Assembly (NCBI RefSeq): GCF_027921745.1
Contig: NC_079238.1
Span: 4,836,001 to 4,900,000 of the forward strand
Reading direction: 5' to 3'
DNA length: 64,000 nt
DNA from: Schizosaccharomyces osmophilus
Lineage: Eukaryota
In this document: positions 1 to 12,036 of the stretch, piece after piece
How the letters are laid out: the number at the start of each line of letters is the position of its first letter
Position numbering within the stretch: the stretch's first letter is position 1
Made by a program: the position numbers and the translations under genes
Notes under the pieces: model-generated
What the model was told of the DNA's origin: nothing
What the model saw: only the letters and a program-made list of their open reading frames with translations
Database searches by the model: none

Positions 1-96
1 CAGATTTTTTTTAAATTTAAATTTAAATAAATTTATATTTATGTAGATAAAAAATTATATATTCTGTGGGTCTTCAAGGAGCTAATAGTTTTTAAG

Positions 97-102
97 ACGC
101 GT
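97..102. promoter_or_regulatory. MCB element (ACGCGT) upstream of rec15
   Basis: ACGCGT inside palindrome AGACGCGTCT (95-104), ~125 nt before the rec15 ATG; early meiotic rec genes are known MBF/MCB targets in fission yeast. Confidence 0.6.
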
Positions 103-226
103 CTATATCGTGCTGAAAACATACACCAAGAACCACCTTCATAACAAAATTCATTACCTTTGTTCAGTCAATATTTATACCTGAAAGAATCAAACACAAA
201 CTAAACTAAAACAATCTTTTAATAAA

Positions 227-842
227 ATGAGCTACTCAGTCTCAGCGGCACAATTATGGTCACGAAAACTAGCTATGCAAGCTGAAGATATGCAATTGAG
301 TCAAAAAAATACGAACAGCCGTATTTTGAGTATCATAGGAGAGATGAAAGTGCTACAAGAAGCGACGAATCAAAACATGGATCAAAATTTCAAATCTGTC
401 ACTCAAAATCACCATCAAGTTTCGTCCTACAGTAAGATATGATAAAACGGTACGCAGTAAACTAATGAAGACTCTTTTAGTGTTTCAAACGTTAAACAAC
501 TTCCAAACTTATCTCCAAAAGGTGGTGGAAGAACAACAGAAAACCAACTTGCGCATGGAAACCCTGGAAAAAAACATATTTAATATACAAGCTCAACTGG
601 GGTCTATTCAAACAGAGCAAGAAAACGGGTTTAAACATTTAGAGAAGCTTATAAAGGAGTCGACCGCTACTACAATGGCTGCTACAATGAAACAAATGTC
701 AGCAAAAGAACCAAAACGGAAAACCACTACGACTCATTCAAAACCTGTCCAGGCGAATCCAACGTCAGCAGCAAAAAGAAACGCAACTTCCATGAGAAAA
801 AGGGTTTTAGCTTTGGACTTCTTGGCTGAAGATGACTATTAA
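227..842 (+). CDS. rec15: Meiotic recombination (DSB formation) protein Rec15; exons 227-431, 481-842
   Basis: N-terminus MSYSVSAAQLWSRKLAMQAEDMQ matches S. pombe Rec15 as recalled; intron 432-480 (GTAAGA...CTAAT...TAG) joins the two ORF-track fragments in frame; coiled-coil-like body. Confidence 0.9.
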
Positions 843-1895
843 GGAAAAGACTACTGTGGAAGCTACTTCATTCTACAAAAACCAAAGCAATTCAGCTCGA
901 AATGCATACAGATTTCCATGTGTATTAATTTTATTTTCTGTCTGGCTGCACCTATGCAAACATCTGTTAAAGGTTAGTATGTGATACTTATGGATTTCAT
1001 GTTTCAACTTTTTAGAAGACACAGAATACTTGGCTTAAAATCTCAGACTCTTCCTATTATAAAGCGGTATCATTGAACAAGTGTCTCAGACGGCACTTCC
1101 TATATTGCTCAGGTTTTTGTCATCACTTTTACAAAGCATTCAGGTGTCTCAATGAAAAGTCTCACTTGCAAACTTACCTAAACTATGTCAAAACAAAGCT
1201 TTCTAACTCCAGAAAAGCTATTAACAATGGTAGTTAATATGTTGTTTAGCTGAAATGTTTGCTATTTATAGCATTTGTGACGGCTTTTTTCGTCGAAACA
1301 TTACGACGAGAAAGGAATGTCTAGTGAAGAATGAGGGACGTATAGTTGTTATATTGACTGATGCAGTTGTGCTGAATGAAAATTCAGATGCTAGTTTACA
1401 GCGCATTGACCTAAATCAGAAACTCGATGATTTTCCAAAGGAATGTTATGTAAACTTTTTTTACCGAAGGGAGAAACCCAGTATTTCAGATATAATTTCG
1501 TTAATGAAATTGGAACTTTTTTAACACTCTTTATTTTGATTTTCAACGAATAGAGCAGAATACACTAGGAAGTAAATTGAATGTTCTCAGTTTTACCAAA
1601 AATTTGTTTTTGTATTTACTAGTGTATTACATTATTGCGTCGTAAATAATATTTTCGTTTTGTTGGCCCATTGCGCTATGTAAATAATGCGTTGTAACAA
1701 CAGCTCGAAATATGCTTTCCTGCTGCAACCATTTCTCTTTCTCCATCTTCCCAAAAATTACTTTTTGGGAATTATTGGTTGTTTTTTGACCAAAAACAGG
1801 AAAAATCAAAAACAAAATTGCGGATTTAATCTAGACGTCTTTGCATACGCGTAAAATTGAGAATTGTGTACGAAAAAAGTACAGAAAATTGAAAA

Positions 1896-3485
1896 ATGTC
1901 CATTATTTCTTCAGTAGCCTTCGTCCCTCGTGGATTCGCTGCAGAATTCCCCAAAACTTATGAATTGGATGAAGCAGAATATGAGAGGATAAACAATATT
2001 TCCAAGTTGAAGCTTGAAGACGCTCGTGCTCAACTTGAGAACCCAGATAATGAACAGGAAAATAACGAAGAAGCACTTACTGACTCGGAAGATCAAACTG
2101 CTTCCTCAGGTGCAGGAGTTCAAACGGCAGAGGAAGTAGATGATGAACTCAAAGAATACCAGTTGGATAATTACGACGATGAGGAAGAGGAAGAGCAAGA
2201 TGATAGTTTGTCAGCATTTAGCAATATTAAAGGAATTCAATACCATGAAAATGGAGAGAATGATCCTTATGTGACAATGAATACACAGGAAGAAGAACAA
2301 GTGGAACGTGAAGAGATGCAAATTTACCCTACAGACAACCTTTTGTTGGCTGCACGTACAGAGGACAACATGTCCCATGTCGAAGTATATTTGTATGAAT
2401 CAAATGAAGAAAATCTCTATGTTCATCACGACTTTCTTCTTCCATCTTTCCCTTTGTGTTTAGAATGGCTTGATTACAAGGTTGGTACTTCTGATGATAC
2501 ACCCGGGAACTACGTGGCTGTAGGAACATTTGATACTGAAATTGAGATTTGGAATTTAGACGTGGTTGATGCGGTTTACCCAGCTGCTGTTTTAGGTGCA
2601 AGTGGTGCATCCTCAACTTCAAATAAAAAGAAGAAAAAGGCTCCCAAGGTGAACCCCAAAACCCACACCGATGCTGTTCTTGCTCTTTCTTCGAACCGCA
2701 ACGCTCACAATCTTTTGGCCTCTGGTTCCGCAGACTCTAGTATTAAGCTTTGGGATTTGGCATCTTGTACTTGCGTAAAATCCTTTACTTATCACACCGA
2801 TAAAGTCTCCTCTTTATCCTGGCATCCCAAAATGCCCTCTGTTTTGCTTTCTGGTAGTTATGATAAGACAGTTAGAATTGCCGATTTGCGTGCTGACGCT
2901 GCTCCTTTATCAATTACTATTGACAGTGATGTTGAAAATGTGGCATGGGATCCTCACAATGAAAACAACTTTTTCATTGGTTCTGACGCCGGTATACTGT
3001 ACTACTGTGATGCTAGAGACATGAGCAAACCCGTTTGGCAACTACAAGCGCACGACGGCCCTATTTCTTGTTTGAGCATCAACCCCAACATTCCTTTCTT
3101 TGTCGCTACCGGTTCGACTGATCGAATGGTCAAATTGTGGAATACATCTGACAACGCCCCTAAGTTGGCGGTTTCTCGTGACCTTGACGTTGGTCGTGTG
3201 TTTACTTGCTCCTTCATTCCTGATGAACCTGTTGCCTTCCATTTGGCTGCTTCAGGAAGTAAGGGCCTTGTTCGCGTTTGGGATACTGCAACAAATTCTG
3301 GTGTCAGAAGAGCGTTTGACACTCGTGTCAGTAAAGACTCTGTTGCTTCCAAGGAACGGGTTGTTCAATTGGACGACGCAGCTGCCAATGATGACTCTGA
3401 CGAAGAAGATGAATATGAGGATATTGAAGCAAACGACGAGGATGATGATTCTGCCGATGAAGGTGAAGATCAGGACATGGCTTAA
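1896..3485 (+). CDS. pwp1: WD-repeat ribosome biogenesis protein Pwp1
   Basis: 529 aa; acidic termini, NLYVHHD..LPSFPLCLEW motif, several WD40 repeats (LLASGSADSSIKLWD). Confidence 0.95.
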   Translation: MSIISSVAFVPRGFAAEFPKTYELDEAEYERINNISKLKLEDARAQLENPDNEQENNEEALTDSEDQTASSGAGVQTAEEVDDELKEYQLDNYDDEEEEEQDDSLSAFSNIKGIQYHENGENDPYVTMNTQEEEQVEREEMQIYPTDNLLLAARTEDNMSHVEVYLYESNEENLYVHHDFLLPSFPLCLEWLDYKVGTSDDTPGNYVAVGTFDTEIEIWNLDVVDAVYPAAVLGASGASSTSNKKKKKAPKVNPKTHTDAVLALSSNRNAHNLLASGSADSSIKLWDLASCTCVKSFTYHTDKVSSLSWHPKMPSVLLSGSYDKTVRIADLRADAAPLSITIDSDVENVAWDPHNENNFFIGSDAGILYYCDARDMSKPVWQLQAHDGPISCLSINPNIPFFVATGSTDRMVKLWNTSDNAPKLAVSRDLDVGRVFTCSFIPDEPVAFHLAASGSKGLVRVWDTATNSGVRRAFDTRVSKDSVASKERVVQLDDAAANDDSDEEDEYEDIEANDEDDDSADEGEDQDMA

Positions 3486-3919
3486 TTTTTACACTAATCA
3501 TCATTTAATTCGGAACTCTTTGCTTTTATAAAAAGTTGGATATATGTGGGTGTTGTGTATCAAAAGTTGATTAGACGTTTTTATTAATAATGGACATTGC
3601 AATTTGGTTTGCATGGTAAAATTGGGAATTTTTGGTTAGAGTCAATAAAGGATTGTTAATACTTTTTTCTTTCATTAGATTCAGTGTATGTATGAGGTTT
3701 CTGTATTTTTTATGAATGGTCAATTAAGTCGCGTTTGGTTTCAGTCAGGTAGAAGCACTATTAAGATTTGATCCAATAGCCTCAAATAAATTGAAATTAA
3801 TAATTAATTTTTTTCAATTCTACTTTAGAGAGTTTTTGCAAGAGTAGTACTTTCTGTTGGCCACAATCAGAAACGCTTCCTTTCGACCGTCAAACCCTAC
3901 ATTTTGGCCAGTAATAGGT

Positions 3920-6900
3920 ATGTCATCAAATTCTTACAATGACAGCTTATTTTCTGAGTTAATTAGAAAAATTCAAGAGTATATTCCAAGTAAAGATGCT
4001 AGTGAATCGCTAGCGAAACGGGTTTTACCGATTGCCAAAGGTCAATCGAGTGAAGAAGGGTTTAGCAAGGCGTTAAGGACATTCGGGCGCTTTTCCGATC
4101 AGGATACTATAGTTATTTATGATCTATGTAAGATTTTAATAAGAACGAATGATGCCATGGGTCCACCAGCGGATACTTTACCCTACAGCGATGGTCAAAC
4201 CAAGGCGGGTTTGGTTGTCCCCGTAAAACGAACACATAATCATGAACCGGGAGTCAATTTCTCCTTGTTAGGCTTAGATACTTTAGCAAGCGAGAAAAGA
4301 CACGAACAAGCTGAGAGGTCTCAAGGTTTACGTGAAGGATCATTACCTTCTCACGTAGGAACCGTTGGAAATCATGACCGTGTGGAATTCAAAAAGCCAA
4401 AAATCCCTTCACGGTCTGATCGTCCTTTGCGCCGTCGATGGAATGATGACGACCATTACGAAAACGAAAAGGAAGACGGAGACGACAGAGTAAAGCAATA
4501 TCATCAACGCAGCTATTCTACAACAAGCGGGAGTCAAGGGGATGCTAGAGATGAAAGATCTGGATCTCGATACACTTCAAGGGACGATGATTATCATAAC
4601 CGCGACGACTCCCACTACGCATTCAAAACAAATCATGATGATTTTAGAGAAGATTCTGTTGGCCCACGGAAACGATTCCCAAGCAAAAAACAGCTTTCTA
4701 GTAGAAAAAAGGATGGAACTTCCTTTGTATCACATAATACTTGGGATCCACGAGACGTGGAATATCCTGAAGAAGACAACGAAAGCATAGAGGACCGGCG
4801 CCGTTGGGAAGAGGAGCAAGCACATTTAGATCGTGAATGGTACATGAATTCTGAGTCTCAAAATCTGCTAGGGGATGAAACTCATAACCCATTCGCTGAT
4901 TTTGAGACAGAGGAAGACAAGCAAAGAGAAGTTGAGTTCATTGAGTCTCAAAAACGGCACCTTTCTGTCCAGGCCACCGAAAGAATGAAGGAAAACTCGA
5001 TATGGGAGAAAAACCGAATGATTACTTCTGGCATAGCTGCTACCCCTGGACTAGAGTCGGATTTTTCAGCCTCTGAAGAAAGGCGTATTCACCTCTTGGT
5101 ACACGAACTTCGACCTCATTTTCTTGACGGTGTTAATTTTACATTAAGGCAGCAAGAAATAACTTCTGTGCGTGATCCTCAAAGTGACCTTGCTATAAAT
5201 GCTCGCCGGGGGTCTGGCGTTGTTCGTGAACGACGAGAGTTTAGAGAACGTCAGAAGGCTGCTACAGCAGCTACGACACTTGCTGGTACTTCTTTGGGAA
5301 ATGTTATGGGTGTCAAAGAAACTTCAGAAGAGGATGTTCATAAAAAACAGAGTCGCACATCCTCTACGGTTGCCGGTAAATCAGGTCCGAAAAAAGAAGC
5401 AATTGACAACTCTGCCAGGACAAAGACTTATAAAGAACAAAGGGAAATGCTTCCTGCGTTTGCTGTACGTGAGCAGTTGTTGTCTGTTATTCGTGATAAT
5501 CAGGTACTTATTGTGGTTGGTGAAACAGGTTCTGGTAAGACAACTCAGCTTGCTCAATTCCTGTACGAAGATGGCTATGATACCAATGGGATGATTGGGT
5601 GTACTCAACCACGACGTGTTGCTGCAATGTCTGTAGCTAAACGCGTGAGCGAGGAGATGGGTGTTGGCCTTGGCTCCTTAGTTGGATATTCCATTCGTTT
5701 TGAAGATGTGACCAGTCCGGACACCGTGATAAAGTATATGACGGATGGTGTATTGTTGCGAGAGTCCTTAGTACAAAACAGTTTGGAGCGCTATAGTGTT
5801 ATCATAATGGATGAAGCGCACGAAAGATCACTTAATACGGATATTTTAATGGGATTATTAAAGAAGATAATATCAGTCAGAAGAGATTTGAAGTTGATTG
5901 TAACTTCTGCAACTATGAATTCACAAAGATTCTCCGATTTCTTTGGAGGTGCACCTCAATTTGCCATTCCTGGTCGTACATACCCCGTTGATGTTATGTT
6001 TTCTAAAATTCCCTGTACGGATTATGTTGAAGGCGCAGTTCGGCAGGCGCTTCAGATTCATTTATCGCAGCCTGCAGGTGATATACTGATTTTTATGACC
6101 GGTCAGGAAGATATTGAGGCTACTTGCGAAATCATGGCAGACCGACTAAATCAATTAGACGATGCTCCGAGGCTTTCCATCCTTCCAATCTACTCTCAGA
6201 TGCCAGCTGATTTACAGGCGAAGATCTTTGAATCTGCTGAATCAGGTGTTAGGAAGGTCGTTGTTGCAACAAACATTGCCGAAACCTCTCTTACGGTACA
6301 TGGTATATCTTATGTTGTCGACAGCGGTTACTGTAAATTGAAAATGTATAATGCTAAAATGGGGATTGATACTTTACAGATCACCCCTATTTCTCAAGCA
6401 AATGCTAATCAAAGATCTGGTCGTGCAGGTCGTACAGGGCCCGGTCTAGCATATCGTTTATATACGGAATTAGCTTATATTCGCGAAATGTTTCAAACAA
6501 CTTTACCAGAAATTCAAAGGACTAATCTTTCTCATACGGTTCTGCTTTTAAAATCTCTTGGGATAAAAAACATACTACATTTTGAATTTATGGATCCACC
6601 ACCAGCGAAGACTTTAATGGCTTCTTTATACGAACTTTGGACTTTGGGCGCTTTGGATAATTACGGTGAACTTACAGAAATAGGAAGAAAAATGCCTCTT
6701 TTCCCAATGGATCCATCATTGTCAAAACTTATTATTATGGCTGAAGACTACCATTGTACTGAAGAAGTCATCACGATTGTATCAATGTTGTCAGTACCGT
6801 CAGTATTCTATCGCCCGAAGGAAAGGGCCGAAGAAAGTGATGCAGCTCGAGAGAAATTCAATGTTCCAGAAAGCGATCATCTTACCCTCTTGAACGTTTA

Positions 6901-7501
6901 TTTGCAATGGAGAAGAAATGGATGCTCTGATTCATGGTGTAGTAAACATTTTTTGCATGGTAAAATATTAAAAAGAGCCAGCGATGTTCGGCAACAGTTG
7001 GTGGAAATTATGACTACTCAAAAAATACCCATCAAGTCAGCTGGGTCTGAATGGGACATTATCCGAAAAGTTTTATGTTCATCATACTTCCATCAGGCTG
7101 CAACAGCTAAAGGAATCGGTGAATATACACATTTGCGTAGTGGCATGCCGTGTCATTTGCACGTTACCTCCAGTCTGTATGGACTGGGTTATTTACCGGA
7201 TTATGTTATTTATCACGAATTGGTGCTAACTTCGAAAGAATATATGAATGTTGTTACAAGTGTTGACCCATACTGGTTAGCAGAATTTGGCGGCGTTTAT
7301 TATTCTTTAAAAGAGCGTGTTCGCAATGAAACCGAGAATTACGAACGTGTTTACTCTAGTAAAATGAAGTTGGAAGAACAGATTGAGGCAGATCGTGAAA
7401 TAGATGCTCAGAAGAAGAACTCCAATGATGATGTACCAAAAAAACCTGCTAGAAAAGCGGTGATACGAGCGAAAGCCCCACGTCGGGTACGGGGATTTTA
7501 A
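3920..7501 (+). CDS. prp16: DEAH-box splicing RNA helicase Prp16
   Basis: [27 protein letters not shown] motifs; first ATG at 3920 (ORF track starts at an upstream TTG). Confidence 0.95.
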   Translation: MSSNSYNDSLFSELIRKIQEYIPSKDASESLAKRVLPIAKGQSSEEGFSKALRTFGRFSDQDTIVIYDLCKILIRTNDAMGPPADTLPYSDGQTKAGLVVPVKRTHNHEPGVNFSLLGLDTLASEKRHEQAERSQGLREGSLPSHVGTVGNHDRVEFKKPKIPSRSDRPLRRRWNDDDHYENEKEDGDDRVKQYHQRSYSTTSGSQGDARDERSGSRYTSRDDDYHNRDDSHYAFKTNHDDFREDSVGPRKRFPSKKQLSSRKKDGTSFVSHNTWDPRDVEYPEEDNESIEDRRRWEEEQAHLDREWYMNSESQNLLGDETHNPFADFETEEDKQREVEFIESQKRHLSVQATERMKENSIWEKNRMITSGIAATPGLESDFSASEERRIHLLVHELRPHFLDGVNFTLRQQEITSVRDPQSDLAINARRGSGVVRERREFRERQKAATAATTLAGTSLGNVMGVKETSEEDVHKKQSRTSSTVAGKSGPKKEAIDNSARTKTYKEQREMLPAFAVREQLLSVIRDNQVLIVVGETGSGKTTQLAQFLYEDGYDTNGMIGCTQPRRVAAMSVAKRVSEEMGVGLGSLVGYSIRFEDVTSPDTVIKYMTDGVLLRESLVQNSLERYSVIIMDEAHERSLNTDILMGLLKKIISVRRDLKLIVTSATMNSQRFSDFFGGAPQFAIPGRTYPVDVMFSKIPCTDYVEGAVRQALQIHLSQPAGDILIFMTGQEDIEATCEIMADRLNQLDDAPRLSILPIYSQMPADLQAKIFESAESGVRKVVVATNIAETSLTVHGISYVVDSGYCKLKMYNAKMGIDTLQITPISQANANQRSGRAGRTGPGLAYRLYTELAYIREMFQTTLPEIQRTNLSHTVLLLKSLGIKNILHFEFMDPPPAKTLMASLYELWTLGALDNYGELTEIGRKMPLFPMDPSLSKLIIMAEDYHCTEEVITIVSMLSVPSVFYRPKERAEESDAAREKFNVPESDHLTLLNVYLQWRRNGCSDSWCSKHFLHGKILKRASDVRQQLVEIMTTQKIPIKSAGSEWDIIRKVLCSSYFHQAATAKGIGEYTHLRSGMPCHLHVTSSLYGLGYLPDYVIYHELVLTSKEYMNVVTSVDPYWLAEFGGVYYSLKERVRNETENYERVYSSKMKLEEQIEADREIDAQKKNSNDDVPKKPARKAVIRAKAPRRVRGF

Positions 7502-7705
7502 GCATAAACTGCTAGTCCTTGTTTCGTGTATATTAAATACTATTTTATGGATTAGGTATAAATGATTTGAATAATTGAGCACTTCCTTGTACAGTTAACA
7601 ATAAAGATGGATAAGTAAGTGAATTAATTTTTTCCAAATATCGACCAAAAAGAAATTAATGGAGGGACAGGTTTAATGACACGTAATCTTCAATGATGGC
7701 CATGT

Positions 7706-8967
7706 TTATCGTCTACCACCGTTTAACAGAGGCCATCGATTTTCCACCCATCGTTCTAATTTGTCCCATAACTGGCTGACAACCTCACGATCTGTGTGTC
7801 GTCGGACACGTTCAACAAAGACGCCTTCAACATTCCAATCCCTTGTAGCAGGATGAGGAGCATCACCGATATATTGAACAAGGAAACCTTTGACATGATG
7901 AAAAAGCTGATGGGGTTCCGACCATTTATAATCACGGAATTGCCATGCCTGGCCTGTGGTAAAAACACAAACTACACGATTCCAATAATCTGGTTTAAAA
8001 TTCTCCGTGTTGTCTACAACAATGAACCGCATAGTACCCAAGTTAGATTTGGAACTTTTATGATTCACAGTTACCAATCCTGAGCCGCGTCCGCCGCCTG
8101 CGGCTTGAGCAGCTTCGAGAGGTGGTACAAAGATGCCTTCTTCAAGGAACTTCTTTACATTGTGCATAGTCAAAAGAGAAGAAGCAGAGGGAGAGAGTAA
8201 AATAATAGGATCACGGTCTGGAGAAAGGTTAGTACATATAAGCACCATAAATCAAGCATACTTCTTCTTTTAGCAGACCTGTCAGCATCTTCAGCAGCTG
8301 AGCCATGAGAGCTTTTGTTCATATGGATATAATCTAAAACGTCCTTACGCAACGAGAGAAAGTTCTACCAAAATTAGTCAAGCAATGATACAATACAACG
8401 ATGGAAACATACCGTGGGCTTAGCACCGTGAAGGATAGTATTATGATTGGAGACAACACGAGAGTTATCTTGCAACCATTTTACTTGCTCGCTTTTTTCT
8501 CCGACTTTATGTTCTCTAGTGGGAACCTCTGCTTTTCCGGTTTCTTTTGTTTCTATTGGAAATTGTTAGTTGGCTTCCTTATAGGAAACGACTCGCATAC
8601 CTAATCCAACGACATGTTCGCTTTCAGCAGAACCTTCCAACCAAGAGATTAAATCGGTTCTTTCCAAGAAAGTTAGGTTGCGAATACCATACTCCGAGCA
8701 TTGTTGGATATAGTCAGCAATACTGGAATCTCTCAACAGCCAAGCAAAATAGATGCTTCTAAGCGTAAATGGTTCGCTGGTTTCTAGCTTTATAAATTTC
8801 GTGTTTTCATCTAAATTGAAGGGCTTTGGTGACTCTGCAAAGGCAACAAACTTGGCTTCCGATAATTTTTCTACTCCGGAATTGGTATTTTCGTTTGCTA
8901 AAAGTTTTGGTGTCTCATTTTTACTAATACTGTTTTTTAAACCCAACAACGCATCTAGTTGCTCCAT
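7706..8967 (-). CDS. cdc73: Paf1 complex subunit Cdc73; exons 8967-8601, 8552-8413, 8364-8262, 8217-7706
   Basis: Three GTATG..CTAAY..AG introns (8553-8600, 8365-8412, 8218-8261) give one continuous frame; C-terminal PIILLSPSASSLLTM...DYWNRVVCVFTTGQAWQF Cdc73 domain. Confidence 0.93.
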
Positions 8968-9518
8968 TTCTGGTGCTCAACAAAAAACGGCAAAAGTCAG
9001 GTAGTTCCAAGGCATGACGGAGTGTCGAATCTTGGTTACTGAAAAATGTCAATTCCTAAAACAAATTACTAAAATATAACAAAAATTTTAAGACTTTTGA
9101 TTATCCATTGTAGCATTTTTGGTGCTTTCGGTGCTGAACTACATGCTACAAATGAAGAGTCCGAAAACTACTACTAACTGTTGGAATACAAGGAACTTGA
9201 ATAACTGAATTTATTTTCGCATACCCTACAGACAGTACTATTTTTACAGACTAGCACCAAAAATATATATATCTTGGTACTTCCTTTCCTAAGCAAGACT
9301 CATAATATAAAATACAGAAGGCAACAAAAATTCAAATACTATTAGATGCTTTGCTACCCAATCAACTAGGCGTATATACAGTAAGGCTTTAAATTCTAAA
9401 CATCAAAACCTCTAGTAGGAATGAATGTATTCTATGATATTCTAACAATCGAATAGACTGTTGTTAAAATAAGTGATGACCTAAACAACCCAAAAAAGAG
9501 TAATTAAAAGAAAGCTTA

Positions 9519-11288
9519 TTATTTGACAATAGTAGGTTCTTCTGCCTTAACTTCAGGCTTCATGTGAGGGAAGAACAAGACTTCACGAATGGTGTTGCTG
9601 TCAGTTAAGAACATGACCAAACGATCAATACCAATACCCCAACCACCAGTAGGAGGCAAACCGAACTCAAGTGCTGTACAGAAGTTTTCGTCAATGATTT
9701 GAGCTTCGTCGTCACCTTGGTCCTTTTGACGAGCTTGCTCTTCAAAACGTTCACGTTGGTCAAAAATGTCATTCAACTCGGTATAGGCATTGCAAATCTC
9801 CTTTGTGGCGACGAAGGCCTCAAAACGTTCACACAAACCGGCCTCAGAGCGATGGTACTTAGCCAAAGGAGACATCATTTGGGGATGTCCAATGATGAAA
9901 GTAGGATTAATGCACTCGTTCTCAATAAATTCACCAACCAACTTGTCAAGGAGACGAGAGTTGGTTTGAGGGGGAGAGCACTCAACGTTATGCTTAGCGC
10001 AAAGGTCTCTCAAAAAGGCATTAGCTTCATCGGAGTGAAGAAAATCACCAGAAGGAAACTTAACGTTGAGGCGCTGCTCCAAGTGCTCAATCATGTTGAT
10101 ACGGCGCCAGGGACGAGAAAAGTCGAGTTCCCAGCAAGGACCTTCAGGGCCTTCAGGATGATAAGGAATCTTGTAAGAACCGCAGACATCCTTTACCATG
10201 CCGGAAACCATCTCCTCGGTGGTCTCCATAAGATCATAATAGTCAGCATAAGCCTCATAGAACTCGCAAGTAGTGAACTCTGGGTTATGAGTCAAGTCAG
10301 CACCTTCGTTACGGAATTGACGTCCAATTTCGTAGACACGATCCAATCCACCAACGACAAGCATCTTTAAGTACAATTCAGGAGCAATACGCATGAACAA
10401 GTCCATGTTCAAATCGTTGTGATGAGTGACGAAGGGCTTAGCTGTAGCACCACCAGCAATCATGTTCATCATGGGAGTCTCAACCTCAATAAAGTCACGC
10501 TTGTCCAAGAAGTTACGCATGTATTGGATGATGCGGCTACGAGTGACAAACCGGTCACGAGTAGAGCGGTTCATAATCAAATCCAAATAACGTTGACGGT
10601 AACGGGTTTCCAAGTCCTTCAATCCATAGTGCTCCTTGGGAAGCATACGCAAACAAGGGCTGAGCAAAACACATTCACGAGCGAAAACGGAAAGTTCACC
10701 ATCAGCACGGCCCTTGGGGTTAGAACGGCCAGGATAACCGCGAATACCAATAATGTCACCACGACGGATGTGTTCGTGTTGAGCGGCATAATCAACACGA
10801 TCAGCATCCTGAGCTTGGCACATAATTTGGAGCTTGTAGGCATCAGCATGAATTTCGTAAAAACGAAGTTTGGCACCAGCGGTACGAAGGCCGTGGACAC
10901 GACCAGCAACGGTTACTTCAACATCAGGCTTGATTTCACCACGTTGCAGACCCTCATACTCTTTGATGAATTCGGGAAGCTTAGTACCAACTTGAAATTT
11001 GTGAGGATAGGGGTTTGGTTCCTTAGTTTGGCGCAATTCTTTGATAGTACGAGAACGGTTTTCAAAATATTGGGAAGGATCCAATTCTTCTTCATTCTTT
11101 TTAGCACTCTTAACCTCAGGGGGAGCAGTAGCAGCTTTCTCAGCTTGCTTCTTAGCTTTAGCTAACTCACGAGAACGAACTTTTTCCCTCTTCTTCAACT
11201 CGGTTTTAGAAACATGTTCCCCAGTAACAGGGTCAAGGACAAGAGCCTTGACGCCTTCTGTAACGTCGTTAACTTGTTCAGCACTCAT
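9519..11288 (-). CDS. krs1: Cytoplasmic lysyl-tRNA synthetase
   Basis: Class II LysRS: NPYPHKF, OB-fold, [36 protein letters not shown]; first ATG at 11288. Confidence 0.97.
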   Translation of the reverse strand: MSAEQVNDVTEGVKALVLDPVTGEHVSKTELKKREKVRSRELAKAKKQAEKAATAPPEVKSAKKNEEELDPSQYFENRSRTIKELRQTKEPNPYPHKFQVGTKLPEFIKEYEGLQRGEIKPDVEVTVAGRVHGLRTAGAKLRFYEIHADAYKLQIMCQAQDADRVDYAAQHEHIRRGDIIGIRGYPGRSNPKGRADGELSVFARECVLLSPCLRMLPKEHYGLKDLETRYRQRYLDLIMNRSTRDRFVTRSRIIQYMRNFLDKRDFIEVETPMMNMIAGGATAKPFVTHHNDLNMDLFMRIAPELYLKMLVVGGLDRVYEIGRQFRNEGADLTHNPEFTTCEFYEAYADYYDLMETTEEMVSGMVKDVCGSYKIPYHPEGPEGPCWELDFSRPWRRINMIEHLEQRLNVKFPSGDFLHSDEANAFLRDLCAKHNVECSPPQTNSRLLDKLVGEFIENECINPTFIIGHPQMMSPLAKYHRSEAGLCERFEAFVATKEICNAYTELNDIFDQRERFEEQARQKDQGDDEAQIIDENFCTALEFGLPPTGGWGIGIDRLVMFLTDSNTIREVLFFPHMKPEVKAEEPTIVK

Positions 11289-12036
11289 ATTGCCCTGCAA
11301 TTGCGGTTGTTAGGTCTGAGTGAAAATTTTTGTGGAAGGAAAGTTGATCTTCTCTGCAACCACGAGAAAACTTGCTATCATATTATTTTGTATGATATCT
11401 TTGCAAAAGATGAAATGTATAATACTAGCGCGTGTCTAAGTATAATCGAAGGAAGAATGGTATTTATACAGGTAAGTTGGGCAAGTGTTGAAGCTCTGTC
11501 AGCTTTAAGTTCTTATTGTATTATTTGTAAATAGTAGAACACTCCTTCGTGCCTAGTTGACTGACAGATACCTATATATTAGCATTTTACTTAGCTCGGC
11601 AAGTAAAGCTTCTCTGAACTACAGATTGTTCCTGGAAACATTTGTTCATGCTTTCCTTTTCGATTCAAATAAATTGTACACTAAATTTACTCAATTGCTT
11701 TATTTTTTATAAGTTTATGCCCCATTAACTATGTTTACCTTGTTTCTAATGACATTTTGAAATTAATCACGCTATAGATTAATAAATGTCTAGAAATATT
11801 ATCAATATTATGGGTTCCCTGCTATGCTATCCGTATTTTCGTATGGCAAAAAAATGAAAAGAGTCATTTGTTATGAGAAAAACTACAGACTATATGGTAG
11901 ATAATTAGATTCACTTAAGGTAAGAGGATTGATACACAAGGAAGCATTTTTTTAACACCCAAATCTGTATTCCTTATGATCTTTACTACCTTTTCCTTAG
12001 AAATTAGTTCAAGTATCGTAGAAGGCTTTTAAGCTT

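Noticed and set aside
9699..11165. 223-aa and 248-aa ORFs antisense to krs1 (similar shadows opposite rpl11, pyr1, fma2, tif213)
   Set aside because: Antisense shadows of codon-biased genes; many begin at TTG/GTG and show no protein motifs.
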